Below are positions 14,812 to 22,722 of a stretch of DNA of 47,936 nucleotides, in pieces (the stretch's first letter is position 1; the number at the start of each line of letters is the position of its first letter). Origin of the DNA: Ilumatobacteraceae bacterium (GTDB taxonomy: Bacteria > Actinomycetota > Acidimicrobiia > Acidimicrobiales > Ilumatobacteraceae). The notes beneath the pieces were generated by a model. That model made no database searches. It was not told where the DNA came from and saw only the letters and a list, made by a program, of their open reading frames with translations. A program made the translations under genes and the position numbers. The DNA is taken from contig JBJTRF010000104.1 in assembly GCA_046076025.1 (NCBI GenBank), positions 1-47,936 on the forward strand. Direction: 5' to 3'.

Positions 14812-15321
14812 ATGCCCCCGAAGTTGCGCGGCAAGTGGGCGCTTGGCATCACGCCCCGCGACTTCACGTGGTTCATGACCGACAAGCTCGCTGTCTGCGA
14901 GCGGCCCGGCGGCTACGGCGAGAACCACCGCCGAGTGCGCCGCCAGGAAGAGATCATCTGGCTGCGCGAGAACGGCTTCGGCTGCGTCGTCAGCATCATC
15001 CCGGCGCCGCACAACCTGCACAACTACGACGAGCTCGGCATGCCGTACGCCCACCGGCCGTTCACCGGCATCGACGACCTGCACGTGTGGCTCGGCGGCT
15101 TCTACGACGAGCTGCGCTCCATGCTCGATGCCGGCACCAAGATCGTGGTGCACAACGAATCAGTCGACGACCGGCTCGTCGGCATCCTCGGCGGCTACTT
15201 CCGCTGGAGCGGCATGGTGTCGGATCCCAACGAGTGCATCGCCATCACCGAGCTCATCGCCAAGCGCCAGCTCGATCCGTTCGCACGCGAGATCATCCTC
15301 ACCACGCACGAGATCCGCTGA
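14812..15321 (+). CDS. Dual-specificity/PTP-fold protein with the catalytic Cys replaced (HNESVDDR instead of HCX5R)
   Basis: GGAGGAA lies at 14799-14805, before the ATG at 14812. The layout 'LAVCERPGG...VVSII...MPYAHRPFTGIDD...GTKIVVHNESVDDRLVGILGGYF' follows the DSP pattern (D-loop about 30 aa before the P-loop). Confidence 0.6.
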   Translation: MPPKLRGKWALGITPRDFTWFMTDKLAVCERPGGYGENHRRVRRQEEIIWLRENGFGCVVSIIPAPHNLHNYDELGMPYAHRPFTGIDDLHVWLGGFYDELRSMLDAGTKIVVHNESVDDRLVGILGGYFRWSGMVSDPNECIAITELIAKRQLDPFAREIILTTHEIR

Positions 15322-15373
15322 CCGCGGCGCGCCGTATGCGGTGCGCCGGGCGACCGCACCGGTGCAGGTGCCG

Positions 15374-15379
15374 TACGCT
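15374..15379 (+). promoter_or_regulatory. -10 hexamer TACGCT, 6 nt before the ATG at 15386 (leaderless geometry)
   Basis: TACGCT at 15374-15379, spacer ggcgcc, ATG at 15386. Confidence 0.45.
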
Positions 15380-15385
15380 GGCGCC

Positions 15386-16270
15386 ATGACCGACAGCACT
15401 CCGCCCAGCCAGCCGGCAGCCCCCGGGGCGCCCGCCGACTGGTATCCCGATCCCACCGGCCGCCACGAGTACCGCTACTTCGACGGCACCGCCTGGACCG
15501 ACCACGTCAGCAAGGGCGGCGTGCAGTCGACCGATCCGCTCGGCGCACCGCGGCTCGACCGACTCGAGAACATCCTCACGGTCGGCAACGAGGGCGCCAG
15601 GATTGCCGAGCAGGTCAGCGGCACCGGCATGCGCGGTGCCGGCATCGAGAGCACGGCATTCGGCGGCGGTGGCACGCTGTTCACCGAGCCGGTGCTAGTG
15701 GTCAACCAGAAGGCGAAGCTGATCGAGCTGCGCAACCAGTACAGCGTGTTCAGCAAGGACGGCGCGCAGGTGGCCGTCGTCAACCAGGTGGGCCAGGGCG
15801 CACTGCGCAAACTCATCCGCCTCTTCACGCAATGGGATCAATTCCTCACCCACCGCCTCGAGGTGGCCGACACGCAGGGTCGAGTGCTGCTGCGGCTGGT
15901 TCGCCCGGCGAAGGTGTTCAAGAGCCGCGTCATCGTCAGCGGCACCGACGGTGCCGAGCTCGGCCAGATCGTGCAGAACAACGTGTTCGGCAAGATCAGC
16001 TTCGACCTCGTCGCCGGTGGCACGGTGGTCGGCCGCATCAAGGCCGAGAACTGGCGGGCCTGGAACTTCCGCATCGAGGATGCTGCGGGCACCGAGGTGG
16101 CGCGCATCACCAAGACGTGGGAGGGCGCGTTGAAGACGCTCTTCACCACCGCCGACAACTACGTGGTGCAGATCCACGCCGTGCTGCCCCAGCCGCTGAA
16201 CTCGCTGGTGGTGGCATCGGCGCTGTCGATCGACACCGCGCTGAAGCAGGACGACCGCAGCATCTTCTAA
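15386..16270 (+). CDS. DUF2510 ('WYPDP') N-terminal domain fused to a scramblase/LURP-one-like (tubby-fold) domain
   Basis: N-terminus 'ADWYPDPTGRHEYRYFDGTAWTDHV'. The C-terminal ~200 aa has the repeated beta-strand pattern 'LVVNQKAKLIELRNQYSVFSKDG..V..V' and 'FRIEDAAGTEVARITKTW', typical of the scramblase family. Confidence 0.65.
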   Translation: MTDSTPPSQPAAPGAPADWYPDPTGRHEYRYFDGTAWTDHVSKGGVQSTDPLGAPRLDRLENILTVGNEGARIAEQVSGTGMRGAGIESTAFGGGGTLFTEPVLVVNQKAKLIELRNQYSVFSKDGAQVAVVNQVGQGALRKLIRLFTQWDQFLTHRLEVADTQGRVLLRLVRPAKVFKSRVIVSGTDGAELGQIVQNNVFGKISFDLVAGGTVVGRIKAENWRAWNFRIEDAAGTEVARITKTWEGALKTLFTTADNYVVQIHAVLPQPLNSLVVASALSIDTALKQDDRSIF

Positions 16271-16354
16271 CCGGCGCCTCCGCCAGCGCGCAGCCCAGCA
16301 CGAGGCTGCTGCACCGGGCCCGGCGATCGCCTGCGGGCGACGCGGCCGCACGGC

Positions 16355-16360
16355 TACCCT
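16355..16360 (+). promoter_or_regulatory. -10 hexamer TACCCT, 6 nt before the GTG at 16367 (leaderless geometry)
   Basis: TACCCT at 16355-16360, spacer gacacc, GTG at 16367. Confidence 0.45.
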
Positions 16361-16366
16361 GACACC

Positions 16367-17341
16367 GTGAGCGGGCGGCGCGTCCTGGTGAGCGGCATGG
16401 GCAGCGAGCTCGGGTCGCTGGTGGCCACGATGCTCGAGGCCGAGCCGTGGGTGGGCGCTCTCGTGGGCATCGACGTCGATCCGCCGCGTCGCCGCCTGCG
16501 CCGTGCCGAGTTCCACCTGCTGCAGCCGTCGCAGCGCGACCGCATCGTCGACGTGGTCACCGAGTTCGACCCACACGTCGTCGTCAACCTCAGCATCTGG
16601 GAGCCCGACGCGCGGGCGCCGCTCGACGTCGCCCGCCGCTTCACGTCCGACGCCGCCACCGCCGTGGTGGGCGCCGCCGCCGAGTGCCCGTCGCTCGAGT
16701 CGCTCATCGTGCGCAGCGGCACCGAGGTGTACGGCCGGCGACGCGACGCCGTCACGCGGCCGCACGAGGACAGCCCCCTGCACCCCACCACCGAATTCGG
16801 CCGCATGCTCGCCGATGTCGAGAGCACCGCCGCCGAGGTGGGGTGCCGCGCCGGCATAGCCGTCGGCGTGCTGCGCCTCGCGTCCGTGCTCGGCAAGCAC
16901 GTGCCCAGCCCGCTCGGACGCGTCCTTCGCCAGCCAGTGGTGCCGTTCAGCGTGCTCGCCGATGCGCCATTCGCCGTGATCGAGGATGCCGATGCGGCAC
17001 GCGCCGTGGTGCGCGCCGCCGAGGCGCGGCTCGACCAGCCGCTGAACGTCGTTGCGTCCGGCGGCATCACGGCGCTGCAGGCCTGTCTGCGCGGCCGGCG
17101 GATGCCGCTGCCGCTCGTCGGGCCCGAGTGGGCGATCGCGTCGCGGCTCAGTCACCTGATGGGCGCCCCGATCCCCGACCATGTCGCCGAGGTGATGCAC
17201 CGCGGCCGACTCGCCGACGGGTCGAGGCAGTTCGACGTGCTCGGCATCTCGCCGCAGCACTCCACCCCCGAGGTCATCGACAACCTCTACCAGTGGGAGA
17301 GCATCGTGCGCGTGCCCTCACGGGCGCGGGCGGCGGCCTGA
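16367..17341 (+). CDS. NAD-dependent epimerase/dehydratase family (extended SDR) protein
   Basis: N-terminal Rossmann motif 'VLVSGMGSELGSLV' and an extended-SDR size of 324 aa. The family assignment comes from overall pattern only. Confidence 0.6.
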   Translation: MSGRRVLVSGMGSELGSLVATMLEAEPWVGALVGIDVDPPRRRLRRAEFHLLQPSQRDRIVDVVTEFDPHVVVNLSIWEPDARAPLDVARRFTSDAATAVVGAAAECPSLESLIVRSGTEVYGRRRDAVTRPHEDSPLHPTTEFGRMLADVESTAAEVGCRAGIAVGVLRLASVLGKHVPSPLGRVLRQPVVPFSVLADAPFAVIEDADAARAVVRAAEARLDQPLNVVASGGITALQACLRGRRMPLPLVGPEWAIASRLSHLMGAPIPDHVAEVMHRGRLADGSRQFDVLGISPQHSTPEVIDNLYQWESIVRVPSRARAAA

Positions 17342-17342
17342 G

Positions 17343-17969
17343 ATGCTCGCCCACTCAGTCGACGACTACGGACGCGATCCGCACCTCGTGCGCGCCCTCT
17401 CGCCGCTCGCCGCACTGCGATGGAGCGTCAGCGTCGGCGGCGCCGACCGCCTGCCGACGCGCGGTGGCGCACTGCTGGTGTGCAACGACCGGCGCCTGTC
17501 GTACACGCCCGTCTGGGCGGCGTGGGCGCTGTGGCGGCACACCGGCAGGCCGGTGCGGTTCGTCGGCCGTCCCGACATCGCCCCGGTGGGCGCCCTGATG
17601 CGGCGCATCGGCGGACTGCTGGCCGATTCCGACGAGGTGGCCGGCGCACTGCGCCACCGCGAGCTGGTGCTGGTGGGATGCGCGCCGTCGCCGCATGCGC
17701 GCCACGCCGGCAGCGTGCCGCACGAGATCGTCGCCGCCGCAGTGGCCACCGGCGCGCCCGTGTTCCCGCTCGCCACCACCAGCAGCGCCATCGGCCGGTC
17801 GGCGCGCGTCGAGGTGGGGCCGCACGTGCGGCCGCGCCACGAGCGCCAAGGGCCGCTTGCCGAGGTCGAGCTCGCCGAGTCGGTGCAGCGCCACCTGCAG
17901 CGCATGCTCGACGGCCTCGGCGGCACGCAGACCGGCGTGGCACCCCTCGACTGGCTGGCCGACAGCTGA
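17343..17969 (+). CDS. PlsC/lysophospholipid acyltransferase-like protein with a degenerate catalytic motif
   Basis: Starts 1 nt after the previous stop. 'GGALLVCNDRRLSY' aligns to the NHxxxxD block, and 'GAPVFPLA' aligns to block IV. Confidence 0.5.
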   Translation: MLAHSVDDYGRDPHLVRALSPLAALRWSVSVGGADRLPTRGGALLVCNDRRLSYTPVWAAWALWRHTGRPVRFVGRPDIAPVGALMRRIGGLLADSDEVAGALRHRELVLVGCAPSPHARHAGSVPHEIVAAAVATGAPVFPLATTSSAIGRSARVEVGPHVRPRHERQGPLAEVELAESVQRHLQRMLDGLGGTQTGVAPLDWLADS

Positions 17970-17970
17970 C

Positions 17971-18951
17971 ATGGCGTGGGCTCGGGCTGACGACGGCGTG
18001 CGGCTGCACTACGAGGCGCTCGGGCCGCGACGCGCGCCTGCCGTGCTGATGATCCAGGGCCTCGGTGCCGACAAGCACCTCTGGGACCTGCAGCGCATCG
18101 CGCTCGCCCGCCGCTACCGCGTCGTGGCGCTCGACAACCGCGGTGCTGGACGCAGCGACAAGCCGTTCGGCCACTACTCGCTGCAGCAGATGGCCGGCGA
18201 CGCGATCGCCGTGCTCGACCATGCGGGTATCGACCGGGCGCATGTCGTCGGCGCGTCGATGGGCGGCGCAATCAGCCAGGTGCTGGCGATCGACCATCCC
18301 CACCGCGTTGCATCGCTCACGCTGGCGTGCACGGCGTGCCGCAATCACGACTGGCGGCGCGAGCTGCTGCTCGGATGGGCCGACGTGGCCACCGAGCGCG
18401 GCGTGGCGGCGATGACCCGCGAGGCAGCCCGCTGGATGATCGGGCCGCGGTCGTTCCGCCGCCTGCTGCCGGCCTTCGGCGCACTGGGGCCGCTGGCACT
18501 CGGCCGCGCCGCCCATGCGCTGGTGTCGCAGGTGCACGCCATCCTCGCCGCCGACGAGGCGTATGCCGACCGACTGGCCGAGGTACGCGTGCCGGCACTC
18601 GTGCTGGTGGGCAATCAGGACATCCTCACGCCGCGCGGCGACAGCGAGGAGATCGCCGAGCGACTGCCCGATGCCGAGCTCGTCGTCATCTCCGGCGCCG
18701 CGCACGGCTTCATGGTCGAGCACGCCACCACCTTCAACCGCGTGCTGCTCGACTTCCTGGCTCGCGTGGTAGCCGAGCAGCGGGCTGGCGACGACACCAT
18801 CGCCGCTGGCGACGACGGCGACAGCGGCAGCGATCAGGCCGGCCGCGACGTGGTGTCGATCGCCGACGCGCCCACCAGGCGCCGGTCGGCATCGACATCG
18901 GCATCGACTGCAGCGGCATCCGCGGCATCGAGTTCGGCCCGACGCGCATAG
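17971..18951 (+). CDS. Alpha/beta hydrolase
   Basis: Starts 1 nt after the previous stop. Motifs 'LMIQGLGAD', 'DNRGAGRSD' and nucleophile elbow 'GASMGG', with a low-complexity C-terminal tail. Confidence 0.8.
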   Translation: MAWARADDGVRLHYEALGPRRAPAVLMIQGLGADKHLWDLQRIALARRYRVVALDNRGAGRSDKPFGHYSLQQMAGDAIAVLDHAGIDRAHVVGASMGGAISQVLAIDHPHRVASLTLACTACRNHDWRRELLLGWADVATERGVAAMTREAARWMIGPRSFRRLLPAFGALGPLALGRAAHALVSQVHAILAADEAYADRLAEVRVPALVLVGNQDILTPRGDSEEIAERLPDAELVVISGAAHGFMVEHATTFNRVLLDFLARVVAEQRAGDDTIAAGDDGDSGSDQAGRDVVSIADAPTRRRSASTSASTAAASAASSSARRA

Positions 18952-20045
18952 CCCCAGCGCGGGCTGCGCAGCACGAAGCCCAGCCGGTCGCGCCACGTGC
19001 GGCTGCGAGCGATGTCGCGTGCGATGGCGCGGTACTCGTGGCCGATCACCGACAGCAGGTTGTAGGTGCCGAGGTTCTCGGTGAGCCCGTACACCACCGG
19101 GTCGTCGGCGCGCTCGGGCTGGTAGGTGCCGAACAGGCGGTCCCACACGATGAGGATGCCGCCGTGGTTGCGGTCGAGGTAGCGGCCATTGCTGCCGTGG
19201 TGCACGCGGTGGTGCGACGGCGTGTTCAGCACGGCCTCGGCGCGACCAAGCGACCGGATCGTGTCGGTGTGGATCCAGTACTGGTAGATCAGGTTCAGCG
19301 CTCGTGCCGTCTCGATCAGCCGCGGGCGGATGCCCACTCGCGACATCAGCCCGTACGGCAGCCATACGCCGAGCGCATGCGTCACCGGCTGGCGCAGCGC
19401 GGTGCTGAGGTTGTAGTGCTCGCTGCTGTGGTGCGGCACGTGCACGGCCCACAGGGCGCGCACCTCGTGCATCAGGCGGTGGTTGGCGTAGTAGCCCAAG
19501 TCCCAGCCCACCATCGCCGCCGTGAACGGCACCACCCCGCTGCCGAGGTCGCGTCGCTGGCCTCGCTGCCAGTGACGTGTCGCCGAGCCAAGTGCCGCAG
19601 CGGTGGCGCACACCACCACGCCGCCGGCCGCGACGGCCACCACGCCGCCCACTGCTGCCACCTGCCGCGCCTGGCGCATGGTTCGCCTGCCGGCATCGCC
19701 CAGCGCGCCCTCTCGCAGTCGGCGCCCGGCGCGGCGTTCGACGATGTCGGCCACGGTGGTGACGGCGGCGGCCGCCACGGCCACGCCGGCCACCACCCTG
19801 CCGATCCGCCCGGCCCGCCCGCGGCGCAGGGCTGCCATGCCGACGAGCGAGGCCGTCAGCGGCGTGGTGAGGCTCAGGGCGCCCATCGCCAGGCTCGTCG
19901 CCGTGTCGGGACGCTCGTAGGTGGCGGGCGACGGGCCCTCGGCCGCGGCGCGCCGGTCGAGCACCTTCTTCTCCACCGCCATGCTGGCGACGTACAGCGG
20001 CGTCACGGCGACGGACAGGTCGGCCATTCGCCCAGTCTGGCGCAT
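18834..20045 (-). CDS. Fatty acid hydroxylase / sterol desaturase family membrane protein
   Basis: Histidine boxes 'HRLMHE', 'HVPHHSSEH' and 'HHRVHHG', with an N-terminal ~190-aa multi-TM extension. The start is uncertain; candidates are the GTG at 20081, the ATG at 20045 and the ATG at 20027. Confidence 0.75.
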   Translation of the reverse strand: MRQTGRMADLSVAVTPLYVASMAVEKKVLDRRAAAEGPSPATYERPDTATSLAMGALSLTTPLTASLVGMAALRRGRAGRIGRVVAGVAVAAAAVTTVADIVERRAGRRLREGALGDAGRRTMRQARQVAAVGGVVAVAAGGVVVCATAAALGSATRHWQRGQRRDLGSGVVPFTAAMVGWDLGYYANHRLMHEVRALWAVHVPHHSSEHYNLSTALRQPVTHALGVWLPYGLMSRVGIRPRLIETARALNLIYQYWIHTDTIRSLGRAEAVLNTPSHHRVHHGSNGRYLDRNHGGILIVWDRLFGTYQPERADDPVVYGLTENLGTYNLLSVIGHEYRAIARDIARSRTWRDRLGFVLRSPRWGYARRAELDAADAAAVDADVDADRRLVGASAIDTTSRPA

Positions 20046-20088
20046 GATCGCTGCCCGCGCACCCGCCGGCCGGCAGGGCACACCGGCC

Positions 20089-20094
20089 TATGGT
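20089..20094 (+). promoter_or_regulatory. -10 hexamer TATGGT, 6 nt before the GTG at 20101 (leaderless geometry)
   Basis: TATGGT at 20089-20094, spacer tgcccg, and an in-frame GTG at 20101. Confidence 0.4.
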
Positions 20095-20100
20095 TGCCCG

Positions 20101-20844
20101 GTGACCGAGGGCCGACACCAGCCGGTGCCGCACGACGGCGCGCTGCGCGAGCGCATCGCCGGCCATCTCGCACGCCACGAGGTGCACGAGATCGACGATC
20201 CCTCGGCGCGTCGTGCTGCCGTCGCGGTGGTGATCGTGCCCAGCGTCGCCGGATCCGATCCCGTCGATCCGTATCCCGACGTGCCGGTGTCGATGGACGG
20301 CGTGCCCGGCGACGTGGACGGCTTCGACGGCACGATGTCGGGCGTGGCCGGCGGCGCCGCCATCGTCCTGTGTCGGCGGGCCGCCACACTTCGACGCCAC
20401 GGCGGCCAGTGGGCCTTCCCCGGCGGCCGGGTGGATGACGGCGAGTCTGCCGAGCAGACGGCGCGCCGCGAACTGCACGAGGAGCTGGGGGTCGTGCTGC
20501 CCGACGACGCGGTGCTGGGACGGCTCGACGACTACCGAACACGCTCGGGCTTCGTCATCACGCCCGTGGTGATGTGGTCGGAGCACGCGCTCGACTTCGT
20601 GCCAGATCCCATCGAGGTGGCGCATGCGTATCGCATCGGCATCCACGAGCTGTTCCGGCCGGGCTCGCCGCGCTTCACGAGCATTCCCGAGAGCGACCGC
20701 CCGGTGGTGCAGCTGCTGATGAGCCGCGAGATCGTGCATGCGCCGACGGCCGCCGTGCTGCTGCAGTTCCGCTGGGTGGCGGTCGAGGGCCGACTCGGCG
20801 AGCGCGTGCACCACCTCGAGCAGCCCGTGTTCGCCTGGCGCTGA
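20101..20844 (+). CDS. Nudix hydrolase (CoA pyrophosphatase-like)
   Basis: Nudix box 'GGRVDDGESAEQTARRELHEELGV'. I chose this start from the -10/N6 geometry; the ATG at 20044 is an alternative. Confidence 0.75.
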   Translation: MTEGRHQPVPHDGALRERIAGHLARHEVHEIDDPSARRAAVAVVIVPSVAGSDPVDPYPDVPVSMDGVPGDVDGFDGTMSGVAGGAAIVLCRRAATLRRHGGQWAFPGGRVDDGESAEQTARRELHEELGVVLPDDAVLGRLDDYRTRSGFVITPVVMWSEHALDFVPDPIEVAHAYRIGIHELFRPGSPRFTSIPESDRPVVQLLMSREIVHAPTAAVLLQFRWVAVEGRLGERVHHLEQPVFAWR

Positions 20845-20861
20845 GCCGATCGCTGTCAGAT

Positions 20862-20881
20862 CCGGCGGCTCGGCCCGCCGG
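20862..20881. terminator. Hairpin CCGGCGG-ctcggc-CCGCCGG between the convergent Nudix and dut genes
   Basis: 7-bp perfect stem in a 46-bp convergent intergenic region. Confidence 0.3.
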
Positions 20882-20890
20882 CTGCACGAC

Positions 20891-21328
20891 TCATTGACGG
20901 CCGCTGTGGCCGAATCCGCCGCCGCGGTCGAGCCCCTCGAGTTCGTCCACCTCGAGCCACTCCACCTGCTCGACGCGCTGGATCACCAGCTGCGCGATCC
21001 GGTCGCCGCGTCGCACCTCGAATGGCGCTACCGGGTCGGTGTTCAGCAGGATCACCTTCACCTCGCCGCGGTACGCGGCATCGATGAGACCGGGCGCATT
21101 CGCGACCGTGAGGCCATGGTGCAGCGCATTGCCGCTGCGCGGCAGCACGAGACCAGCACAGCCCATCGGGATGGCGATCGAGATGCCCGTCGGCACCAGT
21201 GCCCTGCCGCCGCCCGGCGCCACGGTGATGTCGATCGTCGAGCGCAGGTCGAGGCCGGCATCGCCGGCGTGCGCGTACGAGGGCAGCGGCAAGTCGAGGT
21301 CGAGCCTCACGATGTGGACGGGCAGCAT
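20891..21328 (-). CDS. dut: dUTP diphosphatase
   Basis: Motifs '[11 protein letters not shown]', 'RSG' and '[17 protein letters not shown]', with C-terminal 'GGFGHSG'. The ATG at 21328 has TAGGCT (plus-strand 21336-21341) 7 nt upstream. Confidence 0.9.
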   Translation of the reverse strand: MLPVHIVRLDLDLPLPSYAHAGDAGLDLRSTIDITVAPGGGRALVPTGISIAIPMGCAGLVLPRSGNALHHGLTVANAPGLIDAAYRGEVKVILLNTDPVAPFEVRRGDRIAQLVIQRVEQVEWLEVDELEGLDRGGGFGHSGRQ

Positions 21329-21384
21329 CGATGCGAGCCTACGACGCGGAAGTGCGCCCACGGGCTGCCGGTACGATCCCGCAC

Positions 21385-22719
21385 GTGACCGGTCGCATGG
21401 TGCCCCAGCACGACGGCGCGCCCGCCGCGCGGCCGCCCTCGGTCGATCGACTCGCCCGCGCCATGGCGCCCGCCGGCCTGCCGCACGCCATCAACGTCGA
21501 GCTCGCCCGCGAGGCCATCGCTGCCGGCCCCGACTCGTGGACCGATGAGGCGGCGCTCGCCCGCGCGGTCCACCGCCGTCGGCTGCTGCTGGCACCGGTG
21601 GTGAACGCCACCGGCGTGCTGCTGCACACCAACCTCGGGCGCGCGCCGCTGGCGGTGCACCACCCCGGCCGGGCCATCAATGTCGAGTTCGACCTCACCA
21701 CCGGCGAGCGGGGCTCTCGGCAGGCGGCAGTCGGCGGCATCCTCTCGTCGCTCTGCGGTGCCGAGGCCGCCATAGTGGTCAACAACAACGCGGCCGCCGT
21801 GCTGCTCGTGCTGGCCGCACTCGCCGAGCGGCGCAGCGTGCTGGTGAGCCGCGGCGAGAGCGTCGAGATCGGCGGCGGCTTTCGGGTGCCCGACGTGATG
21901 GCCCGCTCGGGGGCGCGGCTCGTGGACGTGGGCACCACCAACCGCACCCGTCTCGGCGACTACCGCGACGCCCTCGACGCGGCAGCCGACGACGTCGCCC
22001 TGGTGCTGAAGGTGCACCCGAGCAACTACCGAGTCGAGGGCTTCGTCGAGGACACGCCGGTCGAGCAGCTGGTGTCGCTGGGCGTGCCTGTCGTCGCCGA
22101 CATCGGCAGCGGGCTGATCGACGCCGACTGCCCGTGGCTGGGCGGTGCACCCCCGCCGTGGCTGGCGGGCGAGCCGGCCGCACGCCAGACCCTCGCCGCC
22201 GGGGCGGCCATCGTCACCTTCAGCGGCGACAAGCTGCTCGGCGGCCCGCAGAGCGGCATCATCGCCGGGCGCGCCGACCTGGTGGCCCGCTGCGCGCGCC
22301 ATCCGCTGGCGCGGGCGCTGCGACCCGGCTCGCACGTGCTCCTCGCCCTGCAAGATGTCGCCCTCGCCTACCTCGACCGCACTGCCGCGACAAGGGTGCC
22401 GCTCTGGCGCATGGTGTCCACCGACCTCGACGCTCTTCGCAGCAGGGCGACGCGCATCGTGCAGGTCGTCGGCGCCGGCACCGTCGTCGACAGCGAGGCG
22501 CTGCCCGGTGCCGGCAGCGCGCCCGGTGTGACGATGCCCTCAGTCGCCGTGCGCGTCGACGGCGACCGCCTCGCGTCGCTGCGTGCCTGCACGCCGCCGG
22601 TGATTGCCCGCACACGCGACGGTGCCACGCTGCTCGACCTCCGGTCGGTCGATCCCGACGATGACGACCTCGTTGCCGCAGCACTCCGCTCTGTGCTGGC
22701 ATCGACCGCGCAGCACTGA
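21385..22719 (+). CDS. selA: L-seryl-tRNA(Sec) selenium transferase
   Basis: Motifs '[11 protein letters not shown]', '[13 protein letters not shown]', 'HPSNY' and PLP-lysine '[13 protein letters not shown]'. The GTG start at 21385 is 7 nt after TACGAT (21372-21377). Alternatives are the ATG at 21331 and the ATG at 21397. Confidence 0.85.
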   Translation: MTGRMVPQHDGAPAARPPSVDRLARAMAPAGLPHAINVELAREAIAAGPDSWTDEAALARAVHRRRLLLAPVVNATGVLLHTNLGRAPLAVHHPGRAINVEFDLTTGERGSRQAAVGGILSSLCGAEAAIVVNNNAAAVLLVLAALAERRSVLVSRGESVEIGGGFRVPDVMARSGARLVDVGTTNRTRLGDYRDALDAAADDVALVLKVHPSNYRVEGFVEDTPVEQLVSLGVPVVADIGSGLIDADCPWLGGAPPPWLAGEPAARQTLAAGAAIVTFSGDKLLGGPQSGIIAGRADLVARCARHPLARALRPGSHVLLALQDVALAYLDRTAATRVPLWRMVSTDLDALRSRATRIVQVVGAGTVVDSEALPGAGSAPGVTMPSVAVRVDGDRLASLRACTPPVIARTRDGATLLDLRSVDPDDDDLVAAALRSVLASTAQH

Positions 22720-22722
22720 GCC

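Noticed and set aside
17428-20814. Very long minus-strand ORF (1128 aa), together with similar giants at 4117-6765 (-), 41545-44598 (+), 13482-14885 (-), 26534-27736 (+ upstream part), 39190-40593 (+ upstream part) and 23991-25448 (-).
   Set aside because: All are Arg/Ala/Gly/Pro-rich with no recognisable motifs. They run antisense or out of frame to genes with clear family signatures. Such stop-free frames are expected in DNA this GC-rich.
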